From positions 1 to 56,758 of IMG/VR virus record IMGVR_UViG_3300046824_000124: a stretch of 56,758 nt of DNA; one strand, written 5' to 3'. This DNA comes from a virus (Duplodnaviria > Caudoviricetes). Both the position numbers and the translations under genes were made by a program. Shown piece after piece: positions 16,853 to 25,868 of the stretch; within the stretch, counting starts at the first letter, position 1; every line of letters starts with the position of its first letter. Under the pieces are notes generated by a model. The model ran no database searches, had not been told where the DNA came from, and was given only the letters and a program-made list of their open reading frames with translations.

Positions 16853-17293
16853 ATGGCAACCGTCAACTGGTCTACCCTGCCCGCCTCATCAAACGCGCTC
16901 ACGACCGAACTGAACTCGCTCGCCAGCGGCTCCAACAAGATCATGACCTCCTCCATCGACAACACGACGGCGGGGCACCTGTTCGCTGCGGTCGAGATGA
17001 GCGTGGCGACGCAGGGATCGGCGCGCTCGGCGGGCGCGTACATCGCCCTCTACATCGTCAAATCGGTTGACGGGACGAACTTCGAGATGGGGTCGGACTC
17101 GGTGACGCCAGGGGCAAACGCGCTCGCGGGCGTCTTCCCGCTGGATGCGGCGACGACGGCGCGGCGCGTGGCGATCATCGTGCAACTGCCGCCGACGAAA
17201 TACTATTTCCTCGTCCAGAACCAGACCGGGCAGGCGCTCGCCGCCTCCGGGAACACGCTCATCTACGCACCATTCGATGAAGTCGTAGCGTAA
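16853..17293 (+). CDS. Virion-associated beta-sandwich protein
   Basis: LNSLASG...IDNT...YIVKSVDGTNFE...VQNQTGQALAASGN. Confidence 0.75.
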   Translation: MATVNWSTLPASSNALTTELNSLASGSNKIMTSSIDNTTAGHLFAAVEMSVATQGSARSAGAYIALYIVKSVDGTNFEMGSDSVTPGANALAGVFPLDAATTARRVAIIVQLPPTKYYFLVQNQTGQALAASGNTLIYAPFDEVVA

Positions 17294-17298
17294 CTGCC

Positions 17299-19350
17299 AT
17301 GGCAGGCAGTAATCGCAATACGATCTGGATGCCGCGCCCGCCCGTTGCGGCCCCGTTCGACATCAACAATGCGTCACCGCAGGCTGAGGGGCTGGTGGCG
17401 TGGATACCGGACACACTGCGGCGAAACCCGCTCGACCAGAACCCGCTCAACGTCACGAACTCCTCCAACACGGTGGCCGCGGACGCGACGATGGGGCAGG
17501 TGTACAACCTGCCCGCCGGGTACATGGAGATCACGGCCCTCAAGCGGGCGGTGGCACTGAATACGGCGTGGTCGGTCGGCTGCTGGGTGCGCTTCAACGC
17601 CGTCACGGGCACGCAGACCGTCGTCGGCGCGGCGAACCAGTCGGTCGGCACGGGGGCAGTGCATATCGCCTCGCGTTCGGCGGGGTCGATCAAAGTCGAG
17701 AAGCCCTCCGCCGCCTTGCTGGTGGATAGCGGTGTCACGCCATCAACGAACACGTGGTATCACGTCCTGTACGTCTACGATGGCACGAACCGCATCTATG
17801 TCAACGGCGTGCAGAAGGCGACGAGCGCGACGGCGGAAATCGCCAACACGCCGACCGCGATCAACATCGGTCGCTACCACGACGCGGGCTTCACGGGTGA
17901 CACGCTCAACGGGCGTGTCATCGATGTGCGCTACTACAATATCGCGGTGCCCGCCGCCGTCGTCTGGCAGATGTGGGCAGCACAGACGCGCTACGAGCTG
18001 TGGCGACCGCTCGCGCCGCTCTTCGCCTTCCCAACGGGCGGCGGCGGCACATCGGTCAGCGACTCTGACACCGGCACGGGCGCGGATGCCGTCTCGGGCA
18101 TTGCCCTCAGTCGCGCCGATAGCGCGGTAGTCAGTGAGGGCGCATCCCTCACGGATACGACGACGGCTGCGGATAGCGGCACGGTTGCCGAATCGCAGGC
18201 CATCGCGCTCGCCCATGCCGATACAGGCACGGGCGCGGATACCGCAACGACGATTGCCCTCGCCCATGCGGACAGCGGCACCGTTGCCGATAGTGCGACG
18301 GGCATCGCGCTCAGTCGCGCAGAGAGCGGATCGGGCGCCGATTCCGTATCGGGCATCGCGTTTACTGCCACCGACGCAGGAACGGTCGCTGACAGCGCGA
18401 CGATCACCGTTCCCATTTCGTCGTCAGATAGCGGCACCATCGCGGACGCAGTAACCGGCCTCGCCCTTACGGCCACCGATGCGGCGTCAGGCACCGAGGG
18501 CGCGACACTCACCGCCACACTCACCGTCGCTGATGCCGGCACCGTTACGGACACTGCCAGTGGGATTGCGCTGACCGCAGCGGATAGCGGCGCAGGCGCT
18601 GAGAGCGCCACCATCAGCGTCCCGGTTAGCGCATCCGATAGCGGTAGTGTTGCCAATGCCGTAGCGGGCATCGCCCTGGCGAGTACGGACAGCGGCGCGG
18701 TTGCCGATGCTGCCAGCCTGACCGCCACCGTCACCGCCGCCGATAGCGGCACCGTCACCGAAGGGCAGACGGTCTCCGCACCCGGCAACCCCACGGGCGC
18801 CGATAGCGGCACCGTGGCGGATGCGGCCACCATCGCCAGTGCTGTTACTGCGGCGGAGAGCGCCGTTGGCACCGACGCCGTTCAGCAGATCGCCCTGGCG
18901 CGCAACGACGCGGGCACCGGAGCAGACGCGGCAGCCATCGCGCTGAGTGCTGCCGAGAACGCGACGGCGACCGATACTGCCAGCAGTGCCGCGGCAATCA
19001 CCCATGCGGATGCCGCGACGGGCACGGACGCACTCGTCGGTATCGCGCTCGCCCGCGGTGATACGGCAACCGTTGCCGATGGTGCGATGGTCACGGCGGT
19101 CACGCTCATCACCGCGAACGATCACGGCACCGTCACGGATGCCGCGTCGATCTTCGGAAGCGTCATCACCATCGGCACGATCACGGCGGGTGTGGGCGTG
19201 GCGAATACCATCACTGCTGGCGTCGGCATCATGACAGGGCTTGAGGCCGACGCGGGCCGCATCACGACCATCAACGGCGATGCCGATACCTTGACGGACC
19301 TCGAAGCGGACACGGCACTCGTGACGACGATCACGGCGGGGGTGGGATAG
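17299..19350 (+). CDS. LamG/ConA-like lectin domain plus long Ala/Thr/Asp repeat fiber
   Basis: WSVGCWVR, TWYHVLYVYDG..RIYVNG, INIG, LNGRVIDVRYYN; then many ~16-19 aa D-S/A-G-T-V-x-D repeats. Confidence 0.85.
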   Translation: MAGSNRNTIWMPRPPVAAPFDINNASPQAEGLVAWIPDTLRRNPLDQNPLNVTNSSNTVAADATMGQVYNLPAGYMEITALKRAVALNTAWSVGCWVRFNAVTGTQTVVGAANQSVGTGAVHIASRSAGSIKVEKPSAALLVDSGVTPSTNTWYHVLYVYDGTNRIYVNGVQKATSATAEIANTPTAINIGRYHDAGFTGDTLNGRVIDVRYYNIAVPAAVVWQMWAAQTRYELWRPLAPLFAFPTGGGGTSVSDSDTGTGADAVSGIALSRADSAVVSEGASLTDTTTAADSGTVAESQAIALAHADTGTGADTATTIALAHADSGTVADSATGIALSRAESGSGADSVSGIAFTATDAGTVADSATITVPISSSDSGTIADAVTGLALTATDAASGTEGATLTATLTVADAGTVTDTASGIALTAADSGAGAESATISVPVSASDSGSVANAVAGIALASTDSGAVADAASLTATVTAADSGTVTEGQTVSAPGNPTGADSGTVADAATIASAVTAAESAVGTDAVQQIALARNDAGTGADAAAIALSAAENATATDTASSAAAITHADAATGTDALVGIALARGDTATVADGAMVTAVTLITANDHGTVTDAASIFGSVITIGTITAGVGVANTITAGVGIMTGLEADAGRITTINGDADTLTDLEADTALVTTITAGVG

Positions 19351-19665
19351 ATGGCGACCTTCAGTGCCACGCTCGGTGACGTCGTGCGGATCGGCAAAGC
19401 GCCGACGCCTATTCTCATCAAAGACGTGAGCGGCAATCTCGTTGATCCCACTACGATCACCGTCACGGCCCTGCGACCGGATGGCACGATGGCATCGCCG
19501 CCGCCGACCGCGGTGCATGAAAGCCTGGGCACCTATCACGTGGATTACGAACCGCCCGTGGAGCGCACGATGGCGGGGCTGCACCGCATCCGCATCGTCA
19601 CGGCCGGCCCGGACGCCGCGTTCGAGTTGGCGATCTGGATTGATCCGTCGCCCTTTGCACCATAG
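19351..19665 (+). CDS. Virion Ig-like/BppU-like small protein
   Basis: DVSGNLVDPTTITVT..RPDGT...GTYHVDY. Confidence 0.7.
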   Translation: MATFSATLGDVVRIGKAPTPILIKDVSGNLVDPTTITVTALRPDGTMASPPPTAVHESLGTYHVDYEPPVERTMAGLHRIRIVTAGPDAAFELAIWIDPSPFAP

Positions 19666-19677
19666 GAGTATGACGCC

Positions 19678-19836
19678 ATGAACACGACACACGCCGGCGT
19701 TGCCTTCCTGATCGCAGCCATCGCCTTCGTGATTATCGGCATCGCGAAGCTTGTCCCGCCGCGCAACAATTGGACGGGGGCGGTGACGGACTTCGCGTTG
19801 GCGGTCCTGAGCGTCGGGCTGCTCCTGACGCAGTGA
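19678..19836 (+). CDS. Small two-TM membrane protein (52 aa, below the track cutoff)
   Basis: AGGAG RBS; MNTTHAGVAFLIAAIAFVIIGIAKL...FALAVLSVGLLLTQ. Confidence 0.65.
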   Translation: MNTTHAGVAFLIAAIAFVIIGIAKLVPPRNNWTGAVTDFALAVLSVGLLLTQ

Positions 19837-19955
19837 TGGCACTCTACATCATCCCCTACCGCTGGATAGAACGCGGCAAGCAATACGTGCTGTATCTGCC
19901 GTTTGCACGCCGTGAGGACGCGGACCGGTTCCGCGAACAAGTGGGTATTCACTGA
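19836..19955 (+). CDS. Small hypothetical protein
   Basis: TGATG coupling. Confidence 0.45.
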   Translation: MALYIIPYRWIERGKQYVLYLPFARREDADRFREQVGIH

Positions 19956-19970
19956 AAAGGAGCCATCGTA

Positions 19971-20585
19971 GTGAGCACGACAACAACCGACCCGACCACC
20001 CAGACCGGAACCGTGCCGGGAACCAACGAAGGTGGTCAGACGGGGAGCGCACCGCCAGCTCAGCCACAAGGCGGGGACGACAAGACCTTTTCCCAGCAGG
20101 CCGTCAACGCACTCATCGGGGCGCGGTTGAAAGAGGCGCGCCAGCAATGGGAGAAGGATCAGAAGGACGCCGCCGAAACCGCCGAGGCGGAAAGGCGCGG
20201 CGACTATGAGACGGCGCTCGCCAAAGAGCGGGAGAAGGCCGCCGCTGCCGAGCGCGAGCGGGACGAAACGAAGCGCCTTGCGAATGAGCGCATCATCCGC
20301 AGTGAGATCCGCTCCATCGCCACTGAACTCCGCTTCGCGGACCCCGCCGATGCCTACCGCTTTGTGGACATGGCCGCCGTGAACGTTGATGACGCCGGCG
20401 AGCCAACGAACGTCAAGGCGCTACTGGAGAAGCTGGCGAAGGACAAGCCGTATCTCCTCGGTGGCGCACCGCAGGGCGGGGCACACATCCCCGGCACGCC
20501 GAACGCCTCGCAGATGACACAAGATGAGTTCCGCGCTCAGGAGAAGGAGCGCGCGCTCCGCTCCGGCAAGTACGCGGCACTCTGA
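19971..20585 (+). CDS. Capsid scaffolding protein
   Basis: KTFSQQAVNALIGARL, coiled coil, ADPADA, KDKPYL. Confidence 0.85.
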   Translation: MSTTTTDPTTQTGTVPGTNEGGQTGSAPPAQPQGGDDKTFSQQAVNALIGARLKEARQQWEKDQKDAAETAEAERRGDYETALAKEREKAAAAERERDETKRLANERIIRSEIRSIATELRFADPADAYRFVDMAAVNVDDAGEPTNVKALLEKLAKDKPYLLGGAPQGGAHIPGTPNASQMTQDEFRAQEKERALRSGKYAAL

Positions 20586-20632
20586 ACCCACTGATGTAAA
20601 CGATAGATATCAGAGCAAAAGGAGTCTTCATC

Positions 20633-21028
20633 ATGGCTGAGATCACGCGCGTTGGCATCCCGTCACTCGCTTCTCTCCTCCTCCCGGCGAACTGCAAGCA
20701 TACCGGCCTGTACGCGGGCGAGGCGCTACTCGCGGGTGACGCCTGCTATATCAAGGCGGCCGACAACAAGGTCTGGAAGAGCACCGGCGCTGCGGCGAAC
20801 GCAGCAGCGGTCGTGGACGGCTTCGCGGCCCTTCCCGCACCGGTGGGCGAGGCAGTGACGTTGGTCTTCAACTGCACGATTCAGTACGGCGGCGTGGTCG
20901 CCGCGACCCCGATGTACCTCTCCGGCACAGTGCCGGGCGGTCTCGCGGATGCGGCATCCACGGGCGGTACAACGGTCATCGCCAAGGCGGTTGACACCAC
21001 GCGCATCTACGTGCAGAAGAGTTATTGA
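20633..21028 (+). CDS. Capsid decoration/cement protein
   Basis: AGEALLAGDACYI...G.A...YLSGTVPGGL; between scaffold and major capsid. Confidence 0.75.
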   Translation: MAEITRVGIPSLASLLLPANCKHTGLYAGEALLAGDACYIKAADNKVWKSTGAAANAAAVVDGFAALPAPVGEAVTLVFNCTIQYGGVVAATPMYLSGTVPGGLADAASTGGTTVIAKAVDTTRIYVQKSY

Positions 21029-21041
21029 GTGAGGTATGGCG

Positions 21042-21140
21042 ATGAGTGATCGGGACATCTACCTCGTCATCCGTCGCGCCATCCTCGCCGTCCTCGGTGC
21101 GTTCGACAAGCGGTTCAACGTCACCACGACAGAAAAGTAA
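21042..21140 (+). CDS. 32-aa leader/regulatory peptide, paralog of 24411-24518
   Basis: GAGGT RBS; MSDRDIYLVIRRAILAVLGAFDKRFNVTTTEK. Confidence 0.7.
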   Translation: MSDRDIYLVIRRAILAVLGAFDKRFNVTTTEK

Positions 21141-21249
21141 ACAACCCATCGGCCACCGATCCCTCGCGGGACGCTCGCCATGACATGAGGGCCACCGTCG
21201 CGTTATGCGCGCTCGCTCCTCTCGGTTCACCACCAGAGGAGCATTGCAC
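21141..21249 (+). promoter_or_regulatory. Structured leader with RBS-sequestering hairpin before the major capsid gene
   Basis: GGCCACCG twice; GCTCCTCT (21215-21222) pairs with AGAGGAGC (21235-21242), TTCACC at the apex. Confidence 0.7.
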
Positions 21250-22311
21250 GTGCCAAACTATGGAACCTTTACCAGCCTGGATACCCTGGCAACACTGAGC
21301 AACACGACGGTGGCACAACTCGGCGAGGACACGGCATTCGCGGCTATCGACGCCGCGCTCGCCGCGCACAACGCTATCATGCAGGATCTCCTGTCGTCGC
21401 TTGTGGATCGGACGACGGACCGGTTGCGCCGCTACGGTGGTCCCGCCAACATGGCGATGGACGAGATCGATGAGATGGGCACGCCGGACGCGCAGAAGGT
21501 GGCGGCCGGGAGCAATGTCGGCTTCCCCCTGCGCCTCTACGGCGGTTCGCTCCAGTGGACGCGCAAGGCGTTCCAGAACATGATGGCGAACGAGTTCGCC
21601 GCGCAGGTGACGGGCATGATGGATGCGGACAAGAACGTCGTTATCCGCCAGATCAAGCGCGCGATCTACACGCCGACGAATAACACGACGTACGTGGACC
21701 GCCTGGTGGACGGCGTGGTGCTCCCCCTGCGGGCGCTCGTCAATGCTGATAGCCAGCCCTTGCCGCTCGGCCCGAACGGTGAGGTATTCACCGCGTCATC
21801 GCACACGCACTATCTGGCCAACGCAACCTATACCGCTGCGTCCCTGACTTCGCTCATCTCAACGGTGACGGAGCACTACGGCAACGGCAACATCATCGTC
21901 TGCATCAACCAGGCGGACGAGGCGGCCACCCGCGGCTTCACGGGTTTTGTCGCCTACATCGACCCGCGGCTGATGAACCTGACGACGGCGATCACGGCGC
22001 GTGACTCGCTCGACAATCTGGTGAACATCTACAATCGGCGCATCGGCCTCTTCGCGGGCGCGGAAATCTGGGTCAAGCCGTGGGTACTCTCCGGCTATCC
22101 GTTCTGCTACCTCGAAGGGCAGCCGAAGCCGCTCGTCATGCGCACCCGTCCCACCGGCGGCGGCGACCTGTCGCTCGTCTTCGAGGACGAAGAGCATCCC
22201 CTGCGCGCACGGACGTATGAGCGCGAGTTCGGGATCAGTGTATGGAATCGCACTAATGGCGCGGTTCTCGATAATGCGCACGGCTCGTACACGGCGCCGA
22301 CCATTACCTAA
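21250..22311 (+). CDS. Major capsid protein
   Basis: ~353 aa after scaffold and decoration genes; GTG start with AGAGGAG RBS. Confidence 0.85.
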   Translation: MPNYGTFTSLDTLATLSNTTVAQLGEDTAFAAIDAALAAHNAIMQDLLSSLVDRTTDRLRRYGGPANMAMDEIDEMGTPDAQKVAAGSNVGFPLRLYGGSLQWTRKAFQNMMANEFAAQVTGMMDADKNVVIRQIKRAIYTPTNNTTYVDRLVDGVVLPLRALVNADSQPLPLGPNGEVFTASSHTHYLANATYTAASLTSLISTVTEHYGNGNIIVCINQADEAATRGFTGFVAYIDPRLMNLTTAITARDSLDNLVNIYNRRIGLFAGAEIWVKPWVLSGYPFCYLEGQPKPLVMRTRPTGGGDLSLVFEDEEHPLRARTYEREFGISVWNRTNGAVLDNAHGSYTAPTIT

Positions 22312-22361
22312 GCATGTCCTACGGATCGCTGACTAGCGACAACACAGAACGGAGCAGAATC

Positions 22362-22565
22362 GTGGCAGAGCGGAAAGAACAGCAGCCCCAGGTGCAGCCG
22401 CAGGACGATCAGTTCCAGCGCGTCTCACGGGCAACCGCCGAGGCGCAGCAGGAAGCGGAGAAGTTGCAACTGGACGAGACCGAACCGGGCGGCCGGTATG
22501 TGGTTGGCGATCAGGTCGTCAACAGCGAAGGCGAGCCCGTCAAGGACACGAAGAAGGACGAGTAG
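22362..22565 (+). CDS. Small head-associated protein
   Basis: GGAG RBS; LDETEPGGRYVVGDQVVNSEGEP. Confidence 0.65.
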   Translation: MAERKEQQPQVQPQDDQFQRVSRATAEAQQEAEKLQLDETEPGGRYVVGDQVVNSEGEPVKDTKKDE

Positions 22566-22570
22566 CCACA

Positions 22571-23005
22571 ATGCCCGCACCACTCAGCTATACCGAAGCC
22601 GAGCTTGCCGCCTACATGATCGCGACCCTCGCGGACGTGGCGACGGCGTTGGGATTGACCGCTGCCAGCACGCAGATCACCGAGGCGGTCTATGCCACTG
22701 AGATGGCGTGTGTGGTCACGGACATCGTGACGGCGACGGATATGGCGATGGTGCGGGCCATCGGTGCGCGTGAGGCGTGGCGCGTGGCAATGCGATCAGC
22801 AGCGTCTCGGTATGACGCCGCCATCGCCGGTGGCCCCAGTGCCCGCCGCTCGCAACTCTATGCCCAATGCCGGGATAACTATCTTGCTGCCGTGACGGAC
22901 GCGGGCGCATATGACACCGTAGGCAACGTGATTGGTGTCGCCAGCGTCACCTATGCACCCGATGTCTACGGGCCGCTGAATGCAACAACGGATGAGTTTG
23001 GATGA
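22571..23005 (+). CDS. Head-tail adaptor
   Basis: Position and size; SARRSQLYAQC motif. Confidence 0.65.
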   Translation: MPAPLSYTEAELAAYMIATLADVATALGLTAASTQITEAVYATEMACVVTDIVTATDMAMVRAIGAREAWRVAMRSAASRYDAAIAGGPSARRSQLYAQCRDNYLAAVTDAGAYDTVGNVIGVASVTYAPDVYGPLNATTDEFG

Positions 23006-23370
23006 GCGCCTTCTTCGATGCCGCAACAATGGCGGACCTGACGGCGCTCGATCTGTCCGCTATGCCCTCCACGGCGACCATCTCCCATACCGCCCCCGGC
23101 ACCGTCAATCCTGACGGCAGTACCGAGCCGGGGACGGTGACGACCACCGATGTTCCCGCTCGCTTCGTGGATACGGTGACGAGCATGCGCGAGACATTGA
23201 TTTCCATGAAGGTGACGGCGCAGGTGGACGGCGTGCTGAACATCCCGCTCGGCACCGATGTGACCACGGACGACACCGTGACGATGGGCGGGGTGACGTT
23301 CCAGATCGTCGGCACGAACGAGAATGTCTCGTACCGCACGAGCATCGCGCTCGCGGTGAGGAAGTCATGA
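23002..23370 (+). CDS. Head closure protein
   Basis: PARF...IPLGTDVTTDDTVTMGGVTFQIV. Confidence 0.75.
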   Translation: MSAFFDAATMADLTALDLSAMPSTATISHTAPGTVNPDGSTEPGTVTTTDVPARFVDTVTSMRETLISMKVTAQVDGVLNIPLGTDVTTDDTVTMGGVTFQIVGTNENVSYRTSIALAVRKS

Positions 23371-23675
23371 CCTTCACCGAGATTGACCGCATCATCGCCA
23401 ACCTCGAACGCGCCGACGCCATCATTGCCAAGTTCAGCGATCTGATCCTGGCGGAGATGCAGCGGCTGGTGCCCGTGAAAACCGGCGCACTCAAACGCAG
23501 CATCGCCGCGCATCTGGAGGGCATGGTGGCGGAGATCACGGCGGGTGAAGGTCTCACGTATGCGGCACATGTCGAATACGGCACAAGCAGCGCCGCTGCC
23601 CACCCATTTTTCAGGGTGGCTGTCGAAAGATATGCCGATGCCTTCCGCGCGGAAGTGCAGCAGTTGCTCGGATAG
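23367..23675 (+). CDS. HK97 gp10-like neck protein
   Basis: VPVKTGALKRSI...YAAHVEYGTS..AAHPFFR. Confidence 0.9.
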   Translation: MTFTEIDRIIANLERADAIIAKFSDLILAEMQRLVPVKTGALKRSIAAHLEGMVAEITAGEGLTYAAHVEYGTSSAAAHPFFRVAVERYADAFRAEVQQLLG

Positions 23676-23684
23676 GGGCGCACG

Positions 23685-24146
23685 ATGCCGATTACCAGTG
23701 CCACGCGCGCCCTTGATGTGGACGCCCTTATTGACGGCGCTCGCGCCGCCCTGCTCGCCAACAGCACCATCGCCACGGCGCTCAATACCGCCGCGAACCC
23801 GAAGCGGATCGCCAATGAGGTGATCGCGCCGGGAGTCACGGCGCCGTACATCGTCCTCAACCTGCCCTCGACCGTCTATGCATCACCCTATGGCGAAGCG
23901 GTCGTCAACGTCCTCATGGATGTGAGCGTCTACACCGATGGCGAAAGCACGACGCTCGTGCGCTCGCTCCTCAAGGCGTGCATCACGGCACTCGTGGACA
24001 CGGTGTGGACGGCGACGGGCTTTGTCATCTGGTCCGTCTCGCTGGAGGAGGACGGTGCGGGTATTCGGTCACTGACGGACGTTCTCAATGGCGTCATCAC
24101 GAGGGGGCGTCAGGTCACGTTGCGCATTCGGGCGCAAAAGGTTTAG
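23685..24146 (+). CDS. Tail terminator (DUF3168-like)
   Basis: Position; APYIVL, DVSVY. Confidence 0.7.
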   Translation: MPITSATRALDVDALIDGARAALLANSTIATALNTAANPKRIANEVIAPGVTAPYIVLNLPSTVYASPYGEAVVNVLMDVSVYTDGESTTLVRSLLKACITALVDTVWTATGFVIWSVSLEEDGAGIRSLTDVLNGVITRGRQVTLRIRAQKV

Positions 24147-24163
24147 CACAGGAGGCACACGAC

Positions 24164-24364
24164 ATGGCTGAGAGCACGACGAAAGCACAGACCGCCGAGG
24201 AGAAGCCCGTCGCGGTGGCGAAGGCGACGACGCCGGAGGAGGAAGAGGTGCAGCGCATCCACGATGAGCGGATGAAGAATGCCGACAAGCACGCCGCGAT
24301 GGCGGCCCGCACCGCCGCGAAGGCAGCGGCCGCACAGTTCCGCCCCGTGAAGGCAGACGAATAG
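24164..24364 (+). CDS. Small hypothetical protein
   Basis: AGGAGG RBS. Confidence 0.65.
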   Translation: MAESTTKAQTAEEKPVAVAKATTPEEEEVQRIHDERMKNADKHAAMAARTAAKAAAAQFRPVKADE

Positions 24365-24410
24365 CGGCAGAACGGTTGCCGGATGATGGCGAGTGAGGAG
24401 GCGTGCATGC

Positions 24411-24518
24411 GTGGAAGATAAGAAGCGCCTCTGGCTCGGCATCAAGCGCGCCCTCGGTGTCATCATCAGCGCGCTCGATGTCTTCTTCGGCACCGATAGA
24501 CCCACCACCGACAAGTAA
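24411..24518 (+). CDS. 35-aa leader/regulatory peptide, paralog of 21042-21140
   Basis: GAGGAGG RBS, GTG start; MEDKKRLWLGIKRALGVIISALDVFFGTDRPTTDK. Confidence 0.7.
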   Translation: MEDKKRLWLGIKRALGVIISALDVFFGTDRPTTDK

Positions 24519-24621
24519 CACCACCCCCTAGGCCGCACGGATCATCCGTCCCGCTGATGGGCAGGAGCCGCCGCATGGTGCGCCCGCTCTTTGTGATTCA
24601 CCTCACAAGGAGCAACACCCC
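24519..24621 (+). promoter_or_regulatory. Structured leader with RBS-sequestering hairpin before the major tail gene
   Basis: GCTCTTTGTGA (24586-24596) TTCACC TCACAAGGAGC (24603-24613); GGCCGCAC and GCCGCCG motifs upstream. Confidence 0.7.
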
Positions 24622-25317
24622 ATGCCAGCAGCGAATCTTGTACCGATCACAGGCGCGGACGGGTACGTGGCGATGATCAACAGCACGTCCGTTCCCGTGA
24701 CCGCTGAGACGTTGTCAAACATCACGACGATGCCCGGTGGCAACCTCGTCTACCCGGCAAAGCAGATTTATCAGGTGACGGCTCGGGCGCACAAAGTGAT
24801 GGATCCGAGGGCCACACCCGTGGTCTACGTGGGCGGCGTCTCGCAGTCCCCGACGCTGTACCGCATCTTCTGGGGCGCCGGGATCATCTTCTTCTTCGCG
24901 CCACGCGCTGAAGCGACGCCGGCCGTGACGATGGACTACAGCTACATGCCGACCGCTAGCGCGACGGATGTGGTCGGTGTGCTCCACGTGAACAACTGGC
25001 AACTCAACATGAGCGCCAACCAGATCGAGGGTGATGAGTACGGCACGATCATCGCCCCGTCCTACCGCGGCAAGCTCGGCGGCACGTGGCAGTTCGACGC
25101 ACTCGGTGCGAGCAGCAAGATTGACCTCTTTAATCTTATGCTGACGCAATCATTTTTCACCTTCGCACTATATGAGACGATCAGTGGTAATCGTCTCTGG
25201 GTAGTGTATGGTGACTTGACGTCGAACCCGATCAACGCGCCCTCGCAGGGCATGGTGGCGGGCACGATCAACGGCGGCATGCGATACACCCCGACATTTC
25301 TAAACGAAGCACTATAG
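24622..25317 (+). CDS. Major tail (tube) protein
   Basis: Position before the chaperones; PITGADG, NWQLNMSANQIE, G.WQFD. Confidence 0.75.
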   Translation: MPAANLVPITGADGYVAMINSTSVPVTAETLSNITTMPGGNLVYPAKQIYQVTARAHKVMDPRATPVVYVGGVSQSPTLYRIFWGAGIIFFFAPRAEATPAVTMDYSYMPTASATDVVGVLHVNNWQLNMSANQIEGDEYGTIIAPSYRGKLGGTWQFDALGASSKIDLFNLMLTQSFFTFALYETISGNRLWVVYGDLTSNPINAPSQGMVAGTINGGMRYTPTFLNEAL

Positions 25318-25341
25318 GTTGGTGTTTCGATGATCGCGCGA

Positions 25342-25410
25342 TGTGCGGGCGGGGTGGCTCTCAACCCTCCACCTCGTCGGCACACCGCACAAAAACCAGA
25401 AGGGTTGAGA
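25342..25410 (+). promoter_or_regulatory. Pseudoknot-like leader of the tail chaperone gene
   Basis: Hairpin 25342-25391 whose loop TCTCAACCCT (25359-25368) is complementary to AGGGTTGAGA (25401-25410) next to ATG 25413. Confidence 0.5.
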
Positions 25411-25412
25411 CA

Positions 25413-25868
25413 ATGGCAGGCAAGACCATCGAATCCACCGCACCGACGACCATCGAAGAAGTGCGCGCTCTCGTCATGCAGAAGTACCGCGCCGTGCCGT
25501 TTGACCATCCCGCGGGCTACGGCCGCATGGAGGTGGCGAAACTGAAGCGCCACGAGTACCAGGCGATCACCGAGGCAGTGCGCCGCACGGATGGCACATG
25601 GGATCTCGAACTGCAAGACCGGATGGCGGTTGCTTTCGGCCTCGTGGAGCCGAAGCTCGCGGCAACGCCAGAGCAGGCGATGGAGGAACTGAAGGAGTAC
25701 CCGAACGATTTCATCCAGCCCATCGCCAAGAAGGTCTGGGATTTGACCAACGATTACCGCAATGAGGCGGAAAAGAAGGGTGCCGGCGCGGACGTGCTCC
25801 CTTTTACCAAGACGAGTTCAAACGGTACGGCCTCGCCGCCGCCACCGGACGCCTCATCGTCGAAGTAA
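25413..25868 (+). CDS. Tail assembly chaperone (G)
   Basis: Between the major tail and tape measure genes; GLVEPKL. Confidence 0.8.
   Translation: MAGKTIESTAPTTIEEVRALVMQKYRAVPFDHPAGYGRMEVAKLKRHEYQAITEAVRRTDGTWDLELQDRMAVAFGLVEPKLAATPEQAMEELKEYPNDFIQPIAKKVWDLTNDYRNEAEKKGAGADVLPFTKTSSNGTASPPPPDASSSK

Noticed and set aside
18050-19350. Diversity-generating retroelement or DNA-level repeat array in the fiber gene
   Set aside because: Repeats are degenerate at the DNA level and conserved only as peptide motifs; no reverse transcriptase or TR/VR pair seen
25342-25410. preQ1 riboswitch linked to the VUT gene
   Set aside because: Topology is superficially similar but the preQ1-I consensus loop is absent, and the element precedes a tail chaperone
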